Positions 47,793-59,945 of a stretch of 64,000 nt of DNA are shown here, piece by piece. Location of the stretch: the NCBI GenBank assembly GCA_976551045.1, contig CDPCPM010000239.1, positions 5,394,001-5,458,000 of the forward strand, in the 5' to 3' direction. How positions within the stretch are numbered: the stretch's first letter is position 1; each line of letters opens with the position of its first letter. This DNA is from Glaucostegus cemiculus (taxonomy: Eukaryota). Made by a program: the position numbers and the translations under genes. The notes under the pieces were generated by a model that made no database searches, had not been told where the DNA came from, and saw only the letters and a list, made by a program, of their open reading frames with translations.

Positions 47793-50529
47793 TTCGATGT
47801 ACGTGTGACTAATAAAGATATCTTATCTTTATTATCTTATATTTCATGCATAATTCATGCATAAAATTACGTCCAGCACATGCTTAGGAGTGTTTGCGAC
47901 TTGTCTTGGCAAGTTAGACCAGGCACTCACTACCATGATTTACCCTAAAGCTGATGTAAGTCCCCTGTCATATTCCATGCATTTGACAATGTCATCACCA
48001 GGCTTGGTGCCCATTGATTACTTAGCAATAGAAATTGGATGAAAAGGTAGCAACCTTCATTATCAGTTCACATTTCAACAAGTATATCACACTGAAGGTT
48101 GCGGATCATGCAGGAATTAACAGGACTTGGCTGGGACACTAATTTTCCATTTTAAAAATCTGTGTCAGTCAGTCTAATACATTGAAAATCTCATTGCTGC
48201 AGCTCTGAGTACAAATCAAAGCATTTCCAGACTAATATCTTCAGGTCACAATTGCCTCCAACTATGACCATGGAAAGGGCTTGGGAAAATCCACGGCAGA
48301 GCACGAGATTGGCCCACTCCTTGTCTGCTGTGACCGAGGCATCCACTGCACTGTCATCTCTTCTTCCCATTATTTTCCAGCACTGTGGCCCCAGTGATTG
48401 TAATGGAGCAGCCCAGTCATAGGATAACATGAAGGCCTTCCGTCATCCCACCACTGAACCTTCCGTTGCACTGATTTCTCCTTCCTCTATCTCCCTCCCA
48501 TGCTCCAATTTTTATCTTCCCCTAACTTCCATACTCCTCCACCCTGTTTGTTTACCTCAGGTCGATCATATCTGAATGGTTGCCATGGAGAGTCAAAATG
48601 TTGAGTTTTATCACTCTCTACTGTTATGGTAATGATTTCATAAAGCAAGGGCATCCCAATAATGTGCTTTTTTTTTGGTGGTCCCCAATCTGTCATCAGG
48701 GCAAAATCCAGCAGCAATTTAGCAGACAAAAAATGGGTGAAATCCATGGGAAGAAACCAATTTCAGTTGCTCACAAGTCTAGTGATCTTTTGGATTGTTC
48801 TTAGAACACTTGAGGGCATTGCAAGAATCTATTTATTGTCAACCAAAAGTTTCCAGCACAAAATATTATTGGGATGAAACCTATGTTTTTTAAAGATGCA
48901 TTAACTGAAGCTTTTACCTGTCTTTCTGGGATGATTGAAGCATTCAGTGTATTGAGGTGTGACAGAGGAGAACTGAACTATACGTTCTCAGCCTTCCCTC
49001 AAGGCTGCTTGCCTTTCTACACATTGTAATCAATGGAGTAGCTATCAGCTACTGAGAGATATTAAGTCTCTGACAACATTTTGCAAGTGTTTTCTAATAT
49101 TTGAGATTTGTTTCAATGTGTACATTTTAGAGATTACATAAAGATGAGAACACATCAATCAAATCTCCATTTTAATACTCTTTCAGCTTCTCAAAATTTG
49201 TGCTCATGGGATGTAAGTAGTCTCCTGATGTGCCTTGCTCAATCAACTTGTGCAAGAGAGAGGCAAAGATCGTTCATCGAGACACAAAGAAATGTTCAGT
49301 AGCAATGAACAAGAAGAAAAAAGCTGGGTTTTGGAGAAGGTGTTTATTTACACAACATTTTAGGTATTGAAAAAATATTACAGCAATTTCCTTAAAGACT
49401 ATCAGTAAAGGTTGTTTTCACTTATTAACTAATTTTGTAGTGTCAAAGCAGAATTAAAGTGAAGGGAGTGAGGAAGTTGTCATGAGGGAAAAAAGCAAAC
49501 AGTTGCAGCAGAACTGAATTGGGGAATTAGGAAGATGAAGCGCAAGGATATGCAGTTGAAGTTTATTTATTGTTGAAATAATTTGAAGCATGAATAAATG
49601 TTTACCATGTACAGACTGAGTGGAAACTTGTGCAGGTCAGACCACGTAAGAATACCAAGACCAGTGAGCAGATAATTTTCATAACAATTCAAGAGCTTAC
49701 TGAAATCTGTACATGACTAAAAAAATACATCTCTTTACTTCCAATTTTTCAATTAATTAAACTGCAAATGCTGAAATTGTTAAAGTGGAATTGTAATTTG
49801 GAATCACTGATTTTGTAATCCAGGCATCTGGATTACCACTGCAGTTTTGCTGTCCTATATTCCTGGAAAATGGGAATCATTTGTCTTGGAAATATTTTAA
49901 TTTTATTCTATTAAATATTCTATTTTATTTGATCAGATTTCTGCCACTTAGTACTTTCAGCAAGCTAACAAAACTATTAAAATACATTTATCTTCCTGAC
50001 AAATTTTTCTCGATTTAATTCAAAGCCAAATAATGAACTTATTTTTATTAAATTTGTGAGTATTGCAACTGCATGGTCAAAATGATCAGTGGGTTTGCAA
50101 TTATTACTGGCTTCTGCGGGGTTGACCCAGTCTTCAACATCAGTCATGTGTAAATATGCAAGGTCATCCAAATGAAACAAATTAGGTTTTTATTCTAATT
50201 GGGATGTTTTTGCTGAATGAAAATTTGTCTTGAATACAAATTGATTTTTTTTTAGTGTGTGCTAATATATTGTTAGAACAAATGCTACATTTTAAATTTC
50301 CACACTTTTTATTAGCATTTTGAGTAAAATTATTTATTCTCATTAATTGGAGTATGTTTTCATACAATTAATATCTTGGCTTATTATTTTCTTGCTTCAA
50401 GAATGTTTATCTTACTGAACAATGCAAGAAAGCCTGAGTGTATTATTTATGCTGGACTTCTGGGTCAGTGAGAGAATTAATTAACTATGAATGAGAGGTT
50501 GTCTGGGGAACAGAATTAACAGAACTAAA

Positions 50530-51330
50530 CCTTCCCTGTAACTTATTTGCATCCTCACTGACTGAGATAGAGAAGAGAGGCTGAGAGAGTGCTGAAGGAC
50601 ATGACAATGTAGGATTGTTGAGAGGCAGACTAAGGAGGTTGAGAAAGAGATAGCAGATCTAGGGAAAGTCTGGAGAAGAGGTTTACATAAAGAGAAAAAG
50701 GAAGAGAGGAGCATCTTGACAGTGTGGATTCAGCTGGGTGGATAGAGAGAAGGGTCAAGGGGAAGAAGAAAAATAGAGTTGCTCGGTGGGAAAAGCGATT
50801 TGAGAGGTCTGTGTACAGAATGAGGAGTTGCAAATAAAAGGTAGCTGAAGAAAGGATTGGAAGAGAAACTGTAGGCAAAGGAAATGCTGATAAGTATGGG
50901 AAAGAAGAAAAGCTTGAGAAGGGAGTTGGGGTCAGTCACAGTCTGAAAGGTGGATTTGAGTTTGGACTGTCGAAGAAGGCTGTTGAAACAGAGGATATAC
51001 AAACAGTGAACTGAGGCAGCATGAGAATGGATGGGCAGTGGTTTGTGTGACGGAGCAACAAAAAACAATCAGAGGGGCAATGTGGTTTGGATTTGATGTA
51101 GTGAAAGGGTGAGAAAGTCAAAGTGAATTTAGAGATGTGAGGATGGGATGAAGGTGAAGTAAGTGAAACAGAACATGAGAGCTGGATGAATGAGCAGTAC
51201 AATGAAAGAAGGGGGAATGGTGACAATAATTGTAGTCGAGGTATTTGGTATGCAGAGAAATAGGATGGGGTGAGGGTTGAATGTGAGAGCTTAGAAGGAT
51301 TGAAATGAGAGTATTGGGGTTGTGAGAAAG
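50530..51330 (-). mobile_element. Ancient L2 LINE ORF2 remnant
   Basis: Purine-rich plus strand; minus frames give LDPS.., SSLPFSL/LCKPL and LSTILHC near the L2 LDPx..YRPISxLPFLSK region. Confidence 0.45.
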
Positions 51331-52129
51331 GGTGTCAGAGAGGAGTGCATGGGAAAAATATTTAAAGAGGTTCTAAGGACTGAGTAGCATGCAGGAGAGG
51401 CGGGAAGTGAGGGACAGGAGTGGTCAAGAGAGAAGGGGTTTGAGAGTGAGAGAGAAAGGGGTTAAAGAGAGAGAAATTTGACAGATGATTTTAAAATTGC
51501 TTGAGAGCAAAAACAGCAGCACCGGAGATGGAGATGAGTGGAGGCTACATGGATCAAAGGAGAATAGAGACAAGAAACGGATATAAACAGGGAGCAGAGA
51601 AAGTGGGTGGCATTTACCAGATAATTTAAAAATGAATTTTAAAAGATTTGTATGGCATTGCTTTGTCAGCTATTTCAATGGAGGTAGTCAGCCATTTATT
51701 TTTAAGTAGTTAGCTTAACCTTGTAACTACTGCAGAGAAAAAAAAGTCATAAAAACACGATAAGTGTTTGTCAGGTGCTATTGTGAACAGAAATCTCTAA
51801 CATATTCAAAAAGAGATTGATGGAGAAAGGGAATGTAGTTCTAAATGGATAATACAGGAGACTCAATCTGCTTGCCTAAATATAGTTCTAACACTCTATT
51901 CTTGTATAACACTGTACAGTTTGCATTGATGTAAATATGAAACCATTTCTTTTTAATGTACAGCTTTTGTCTGACTGGTTTGAGAAAGAGGAGCTGAATC
52001 ATACCCCAGTAGGTGATTCTTTGGCCTGTTGTTATTGATGTTATCCTTACAGTCTGAAAGAGACTTGAACTTTGTCCCATATCACTTCTCTTTTACTGAT
52101 AGAGGAATCTGTATCTATGTCTCGTTGAG

Positions 52130-52390
52130 CAATCTGTGCCCCTAGACTGTCTTCATTCTATTTGTGCAAACCTTTCTTTTAGGCTGGTCACTGACCTTCA
52201 AGAAACATATTTTCTCCCCAAACTCCTCATAATTTTGAACATATCAGCTCTGTTCTTAACCCCATTTGAATAAACAGAGGGCTGTAGTATTGTCAATATC
52301 TCCTCATAACTTTCATCTCTTGTCTCATTAACCATCTCAATAATTTGGACATTGAAGCTGGGGTAAGCCGTCCAAAACTGGGACACATTT
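52130..52390 (-). mobile_element. Old CR1 remnant
   Basis: Minus ORF SQFWTAYP..SYEEIL..RADMFKIMRSLGR resembles CR1 VQFWSP..SYEERL..DLIEVFKIMRG. Confidence 0.6.
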
Positions 52391-53679
52391 AGTGCGGTGG
52401 GATTTCCCTCTCCATCATTTACGGCTCCTTCTTTCGAGGGACTGCAGGAACAATCTCAGAATTGCAATCTGCATATCTCTTCAGGGCATTTGCTGCAATA
52501 TTATGCTGAACAGGCAGGTGGATCTCCACAGAAACCCTTCCCCAACCATCTGACCTTGATGTAACCAAAAGGAAAGATTTAAGAGGTATAGTTCAAAACA
52601 GTTTAAAGACATCGCTCCAGCCCCTCCAAGGTGAAAGCTTCATTCAAGCCAGACCATCCGAGAATGCAAAGTTGTCCTGCTGTCAGTAACTTTTTAATGA
52701 TAAACTCCAAAATGACTCTTGCTCTCTGTAGCATGCTCAAATGCATGATCACTGAAAGTACCAAAAAGAGGCTATGTACAAAAGGTGTCAACATGAGAAG
52801 AAAAAGAATGAAACCCTTGTGTTAAGATGCAACAAAAGCAGTAGAACGTGCTTAAAGCACATATAATTCCTATCTGCAAGTTGATTTCATCTTGATTTTT
52901 TTTAATGATGACACTTTTTTTTTCAAAAAAAATCAATAACAGAAGGAGTTAAAGGTTTTTCAACAAGGTATCAGAACAGTGAAGAAATCTTCAGTTAAAA
53001 GCATGTAAAGTGGGGTTTGAACTCTTCCATGATTAAACCATCAAACTATACTAACAAATATAGATTAATCAGACCTATTGTGCCCAGTTGCATTGATTCT
53101 GATCTAAGAAGCTGCGCTGGCAAGTAATTATATCTTATCAAGGCCGCAGGCTGTAAAGACTCTTATGTCTCTAAAGACAGAATGTCGATATATTTGGACA
53201 AGAATAATGCTAAGTATTACAATGGATAACAAAAATAAAATAAGCTCATGAATAAACTATTTCTGCTGATTTATTAATAATGCTATTGGAAAGATTTCAA
53301 ACTTTCCCTGAGGCTGGCTGTGATATTGAAGATAACTTCTGTTATGCAAAATTGAGTAATTGTGAAAGTACATCTAATTTATTCAAGAATAAAGTGGATT
53401 CAGCAAGGTCCAAATTTGTCACAGTTGATTTTAAATAAATGCCCCTGTTCCGATATTGCAAAGCACAGGAATGACTCCAAGTCTAAGGAGGATGACACAA
53501 TTTGTGAAAGTATCCTCGAGACTATTTATCTTAATTGATCTGTTTCCCTCTCTTTAAAATGAGGAAAATAACCACTTGCAGGAACCTATTGCGTCACATG
53601 TCAGCATCTTTAACTATCCAACTAATGGTTGTGAAGTAAGGTCTGAAGATAGGTGATGAGCAAAGCAGAGATCAGATTT

Positions 53680-53766
53680 CTTCCTGCTGCCTGACCTGCT
53701 GAGTTCCTCCAGCACTTTTTGTGCATTGCTCCAGATTCCAGTGTCTGCAGAATTTCTTGTGTCTCA
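53680..53766 (-). mobile_element. Single arm of Penelope-derived element
   Basis: tgctgcctgacctgctgagttcctccagcac..gctccagattccagtgtctgcag..tcttgtgtctc is the reverse complement of the 2526 arm. Confidence 0.8.
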
Positions 53767-56230
53767 GATTTCTTGTTTATTGTTACACAACAATTTGAAC
53801 AGTCATATTGGAAAAGGTCCTTATAGGACAGAGAAATGGTGACCTATAGAAAGACTTCTGGTGAATGTATGAATTCAGTTGAATGTATAAAGAGATTGGA
53901 GTACAGAATACAAACAGGAGTTCACTTGCACTTACATGTCTGTGATGTTGCTTCATAAGGTTAAGAGCAGCTTAAATTGTTTAATGCAGCCTTCTAGTCA
54001 AGCTTTAGAGAACTCAAATTGTACAGGCTTTGATATCAGATTTGAATCCAAAATTCAAACATGCCTGAAGGATATTTCCTAAGGTTATATGAATGCATTC
54101 ATCCAAAACCAACGCAGCAAATGCCCTGTGTGGAAACATTATGACAAATTATTCAGAAAGTTAGTAAATCATTTAGAATCAACCTGTAACTAGAAGTCTT
54201 TTAGTACTAATGATAGAACATACACTTGTTCCATATTTGTAATTATGATAGTAACATCATTCTTGGTGGATATTATTGAAGTTTCCCAACGGGGCATGTC
54301 TCTTGGAATCTTTAGTGAGTCTATACCAACTTTGATTGACTTTTAAGGAGTTATACCACATAACAAAATATTGAATTTCAAATAAAATATACATCTAAGT
54401 AAGACATTCAATGAGGTGTGTAATGTTTGCACAGTTTTATTGTCTATCTAAATGAAGGATAGAATATCCCAGACTCGTGCCATATTTCACAGGGCCATGT
54501 GAAATTTTAAATGCAATTCACTCTTACAGAGAAAAGTACTTCTCTAATTTTATTTTGTCAAGGGATTAATTTTATCATTTGTATCAGATTCTGATAAACT
54601 GAAGACAGATTAAGCACTGCTGATGAGGTCTAGTTCACACCACTGAGGGAAATACATCCCATTACGCTCAACTGCTTCTTTCAGAAATGACTGAATAATG
54701 GAATCACACCAAAGCTCTCATATTATCCAACACTAGCCTCTATCATTCTCTCTTTCTGAATGTTTTTATTTCCCATTCTAATCCAGATCTCAGGCTGACA
54801 TAATTTCAAACTTATGTATCATTAAGTACAATCTTAAATTACCAACATTTCATTCTGTATTGTCATGGCATGCAGTGAGTTGGCACTCCATTCATGCACA
54901 ACTATGTACGTCTGGAGTAGCAAATCATTTTCTCCTCTTCCTACCCAAAAAGACATGACCCCAGGAACCACACAAGAATTAATTCCTGAGTTGGTGTCTT
55001 TTTCACATGACCAGCCTTCATTTGCAAGTTTGGGGAGCAAGTTTCAAAATGACAATGAGTGACAGAATTAAATGAGTACCTGAAATGCCAAGTCATAGAA
55101 GGCTACACAATGGGATTAGTATAGATCGCTACTTGATGGTTAGCATTGAAAGGGTGGCTGAAGTGCCTGCTTCTGTGCTGTACAACTCCACGACAACGTG
55201 AAAGTCAAGCTCATATCATTAATTATTTGCATTCCAACTGACTTCCTCAACATCTCATAGATCCAGATACAGTAAATGCATTTTCAAAAATTTCTTCACG
55301 TCTGAAGCTTTATTTTTTATCCACTTTACTCACTGAACTGCATAGTTGACCACGCTCTGCGCTTTTGTTTACTATTTTGCTAACTTGGCACACAGACAAT
55401 TGCCATCACAGCAGCCACTCCCTTTATACCCAAGTTCTGTCACTAACCTGCTGATTTCTCTCATCCGAATCCATCTCCACACTTTGCCTTCCAAACTATT
55501 TCTGCAATCACTGCGCTGTGGACAACCATCTATCCCATTGCCACCCACATTCAGCCCAGCCACTGGACATTTCCATTGCTTCTAACATTATATATCAGTT
55601 CATAACAATCAAAACTTACAGCATCAGAAAGGAATCAACTACTAACTAAAGAATCCTGAAAAATCTGGATGACACAGCAAAATCAACACAAAATAAGTTT
55701 AAGCAAAATTGCATTTTATTCAACACATTATGCTTGGAGACCCATCTCCAAGAAAATATCATGGGATCACTGGATATATGGCACAGCTGAACGCATCCAA
55801 GCCAGTCAAAAAAAATGTATTTCAGTTGCTCCCACTTCCCAGCTCTTAGTCTATAAGGCCGTTGTAACAGTGTCGCAAGTGCTCATCTGGATAACCAATT
55901 GCCATCTCAAATTCAATACACAAACTATTTCAACTGCTTCATCCCAACTTGTGCTCTAATATCTTCACATTTACCATTCTGCCTTTCCAGCTGTAACAGG
56001 AGATTACAACTTAATGCATTGAAAGAGAAATATTGCAAAGGGAAGATTTATCACAGTTCCAATATCATTCTGCATCCTTCCTTCCTCCCTCCCCATCTTT
56101 CTCTCTCTGCCCTTGCAAGATTAAGTGTCCGGTAACAAAAGAACAGAATGTGATTCATGGGGTATTTCCAATTAAAGGGACTTTAAGGATTTGGCTCCTC
56201 TGCTTCATTTTGAGCTGATTTCCAAAGAGA

Positions 56231-56488
56231 GAGGCGGCACGATAGCGTAGCGGTTAGCGCGACGCTGTTACAGCGCCAGCGATCGGGGTTCAATTCCCAT
56301 CGCTGTCTGAAAGGAGTTTGTATGTTCTCCCGTGTCTGCGTGGGTTTCCTCCAGGTGCTCCGGTTTCCTCCCACATTCTAAAAAGACGTACGGGTAGGTT
56401 AATTTGGGGGTTGAAAATGGCCGGCGCAGACTTGTTGGGCCGAAAGGACCTGTTACCACGCTGTAAAATAAATTTAAAAATAAAAAAA
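56231..56488 (+). mobile_element. Full-length young tRNA-derived V-SINE
   Basis: A box tagcgtagcgg, B box ggttcaattcc, many intact CpGs, A-rich tail, and direct repeat aaagaga at 56224-56230 and 56489-56495. Confidence 0.95.
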
Positions 56489-56859
56489 AAAGAGATTATG
56501 GATCTCTCCTGCCACTTTCCACAAACTCCATGAAGTACCATGCTCAACTAATTCAATGCTTTTGAAAGAAATCACAAAACATTCTAACATCGGAACTTCC
56601 ATTCGCACCACAAAAATCATGCCAAATTATGTCCTATTTAATTTGTTTGGGAACTTTGAAACATAATTATTGAAATGAATATATGACTATGGGAATAATA
56701 GACCATCTTAAAAATGATTTCCCCAGTTAAATGTAAATTTGATCATTTCAAAAATGATATTTTTTCATGCTGAATGAACACAAGCTTATTTTGATTGCAT
56801 TTCTTGTCCGTTTATCTTAAGTCTTTATATAACCGAGGTGCATAATAAATTTGAGATTC

Positions 56860-57430
56860 ATTTTGGTATCAGAACGATGCAATGTCATTTCTCAGAATAG
56901 AATCAAAGCGATGCCAACTTGCACATGCATTAATTTCTCAGTGAAGCCAACTCATTGGAACCAGCTTTGAAACTGAGGCACAACACTCTCCTGTGGATAG
57001 TGAGCGACGAACCGAGTGGTCCATGCACCATTATCTGGTTGCTTCCAGCTCTCCTATAATTAAAGTGTCAAATTCTGGAACCAGTTTCTTACTCCGGCTA
57101 CCACCTTGGCTTGAACTGGACTCAAGACACCATTCAGTACTTTCAATTTGTATCTGTGGCAATGTGACTATTTGGAAGGTCAATTATTTCAATCTGATAT
57201 ATTAATAACATCGAAAAAACCCAGAAAGAGTCAAATTGAAAGCGCAGAATGATAGTATCTGACTGGCATCACAGAAATGAGACATTGCAAGAAGAAATGG
57301 TCAAATAATAGTAACATTGGCAAGGTGGCAAATTCCTGAAGACAAGTGCCACTTGATTTAATATTCTTGTGCAGTAACAAACCTAATCTTTTCATATTTG
57401 AAAGAGAGCCATTTGCAATTATAATCAGCA
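56860..57430. promoter_or_regulatory. Putative conserved non-coding element
   Basis: TE-free with CpG retention (gagcgacgaaccgag), taattaaagtgtcaa and gaaggtcaattat motifs. Confidence 0.4.
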
Positions 57431-57989
57431 GGCAGGCATTCTGACTTGACTAAAGGCTGAAATTAATGAGGGAGCAGGCACTTTATAGCATACCACCAAA
57501 AATCAGGGTTAGGAACATGAAAGTGAGGGAAAAGTGACTAGAATTTAACTGGAATATTTAAAATACTAACTTGAAAATTTATTTTTAATATAATTAACAG
57601 ATTCAACTTGAAGTGCAACTTATGGCCTTTTTTTTGGAACTTCTACAAATCTGCTGCAAATAACATAAAGCTGCAGTTCAATTACAGTTGCAGTGCAAAA
57701 TATAAAAAATGACTGGAGATCTTTTTTGCAATGGATAAAGCCCATTTGCACATCTTTTAATATAATTGCTCCCATTTTCAGTGTAAGTCCCACTGATATG
57801 GAAATTGGACAGGAAATTTCCAGACATAATTCACATTAGCATAGGTTTCCTCAGAATCATTCCCACGTGTGATAATGTCATCAATGCACAAAATTCTAAT
57901 TTCCACAGTAACCACTGAAAATAGTGCAAAAATGTGCAACCTACAACCTGTGTTTTTCACTCACTGTAAAAGAAGGCACACTCTGCACT

Positions 57990-58300
57990 AAGTCCCTAAC
58001 CTTGTGTGAATCGAGATTTTTCAAAAGGGTCATTGACCTTTTGCTTGCTCATTAAGTTTGCTCGACTCATCACTCGCCAGCTTACACAGCAGTTCAGATC
58101 TTTGAGTCTGAGTACCCACAGCAGGCTTTCACTATAGAATTCAATACTGATCTTTACCTCCATTACATAAAGACGAATCACTGTGGTTTTTAGCAAGGGT
58201 ATGAAAGTGTGAGCAGGATTGCAGTGGTCTTCCCTCTCTCTCATTCCCATTCCCTCCATGGCACTCTTTACTATAGTTGCTTTGACTGCCATGGAGAGCG
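57990..58300. promoter_or_regulatory. Putative enhancer with nuclear-receptor IR1 site
   Basis: GGGTCA-t-TGACCT at 58027-58039, ctcattaa and retained CpGs. Confidence 0.4.
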
Positions 58301-58324
58301 CACTTTAAGGATGAGACTCACTAC

Positions 58325-59146
58325 TGTTACAAAGTAGCTTACTTAGGCAAATATCCCTTTAAGATGGGACATTGTGTGTGTGTGCAACGTATTGCGTCAG
58401 CAGAAGATGGGACTAACGTGATGAGGTCATTGCAAGAAAGAAAAAGATAAGAGAGAGAGAGACAGATGGAAAGAGAGAAGAAGGAGAGACGGCAGCTTGT
58501 TTTGTTTCTGTCGTTGGATGAAGGACAGTAACTGGGTTTGTCACTAAAATCCGTGGATGGATTTCTGGAGTAGTCCAGTGGAGTTCACTTTGTCGGTAAC
58601 CTGTAGGAGGACACAGGTGTTTGCGTGAACAACCACATTTTGGATGCTCTTCAGAGTGGCAGATACTGTGGAACAAAGTGATGGAATTCACTTTGCTGCT
58701 AACCTGTAGAAGAACACAGGTATTTGCATGGACAGTCACGATTAAGGAGTTTTCAGGGTGAGAAAGTCACTACTGAGTAAGCCCTGAAGTGTCGTTTGAG
58801 TTTCGAGTGGAACATTTGGATTTCGTGATTCCTCTCTAATCTCTCTCTATATCTATGTTTTGTCTTCGGTGGACAGTGCTTGTGAAGAAGCCTTTATTCG
58901 TGTCATCTTACGGCTTATTGAACTGAACTTTAAGAACTAACTCCTGGACTTGGGAGTTTAGGAATTTGACGCACACACACAACGAGTAGTTTTGGGGTTA
59001 TAGTTTAAGATTTTAACATTATATTGTGTACTAATATACTAACTTTTTATTCTTATTTTACGTATTATCAGATATAGTTATTAATAAAGTAGTTTTAACA
59101 CTGAAGTATGAATTGGTGTGCTTCTTTTGTTGCTGGTTTCGTAACA
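58325..59146 (+). mobile_element. Solo LTR (Gypsy-like), 822 bp
   Basis: Inverted termini TGTTAC...GTAACA, 4-bp TSD ctac (58321-58324 and 59147-59150), AATAAA at about 59083, and no coding sequence. Confidence 0.9.
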
Positions 59147-59686
59147 CTACCCATGAGCCCTTGCATCAATGATGTGACTTCTATGATCTTGGGAGAATCA
59201 GACAGGTTTAACTACTACAATCATTTTTTTTTTAAACGACAATTTCACCAGTTTGTTGTCTTGTAATGAGTTACTTGCTTGGACAATACAATGTCCATTT
59301 ACCTCATCAATTTCTGGGAAGGTGACTTTCTTCTTCTTTTGTCAGAAGTTATGTCTCCACCTGCCTCATAGTGAACTGCCAATCTACTAACCTTGGAACT
59401 TCTAATCTTAGAACTAGGGTTTTAAAGGACTAAATATAACAGAGTTCTGACCAATGACCATTCCTTCATTTATACATTTTGATTCTTTTAATAGATGGGT
59501 TGACAACTAATTTTACTTTGTTGAGAAAGAATATGACCAACATACTTAGAAATGACAATTCCCTTGCAGAAAAAAAATTCTGACTTATTGTGAACATTGC
59601 CACAGGACATAAAATAATGGGGAATAATTAATGAAGTGATTAATTATTCCCCACCATGCTCCAGGAACTCATATTGGACAGCAGGA

Positions 59687-59945
59687 AATTTTTAATTTTT
59701 AAAAAATTTTTATTTACAGCATGGTAACAGGCCCTTTCGGCCCAACGAGTCCGCGCCACCCATTCTAAACCCCCAAATTAACCTACCCGTACGTCTTTAG
59801 AATGTGGGAGGAAACCGGAGCACCCAGAGGAAACCCACGCAGACACGGGAGAACGTACAAACTCCTTATAGTCAGCGACGGGAATCGAACCCCGATCGCT
59901 GGCACTGTAACAGCGTCGCGCTAACTGCTATGCTATTGTGCTGCC
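59687..59945 (-). mobile_element. Full-length young tRNA-derived V-SINE
   Basis: Close reverse complement of the 56231 copy; B box ggttcgattcc on the minus strand. Confidence 0.95.

Noticed and set aside
56231-56300. tRNA gene
   Set aside because: A/B boxes run on into a V-domain and LINE-like tail, and the unit is multi-copy, so it is a SINE head. The same holds for 19078 and 59945.
57093-57153. 61-nt minus-strand mini exon
   Set aside because: Poor pyrimidine tract, length not a multiple of three and no recognisable peptide.
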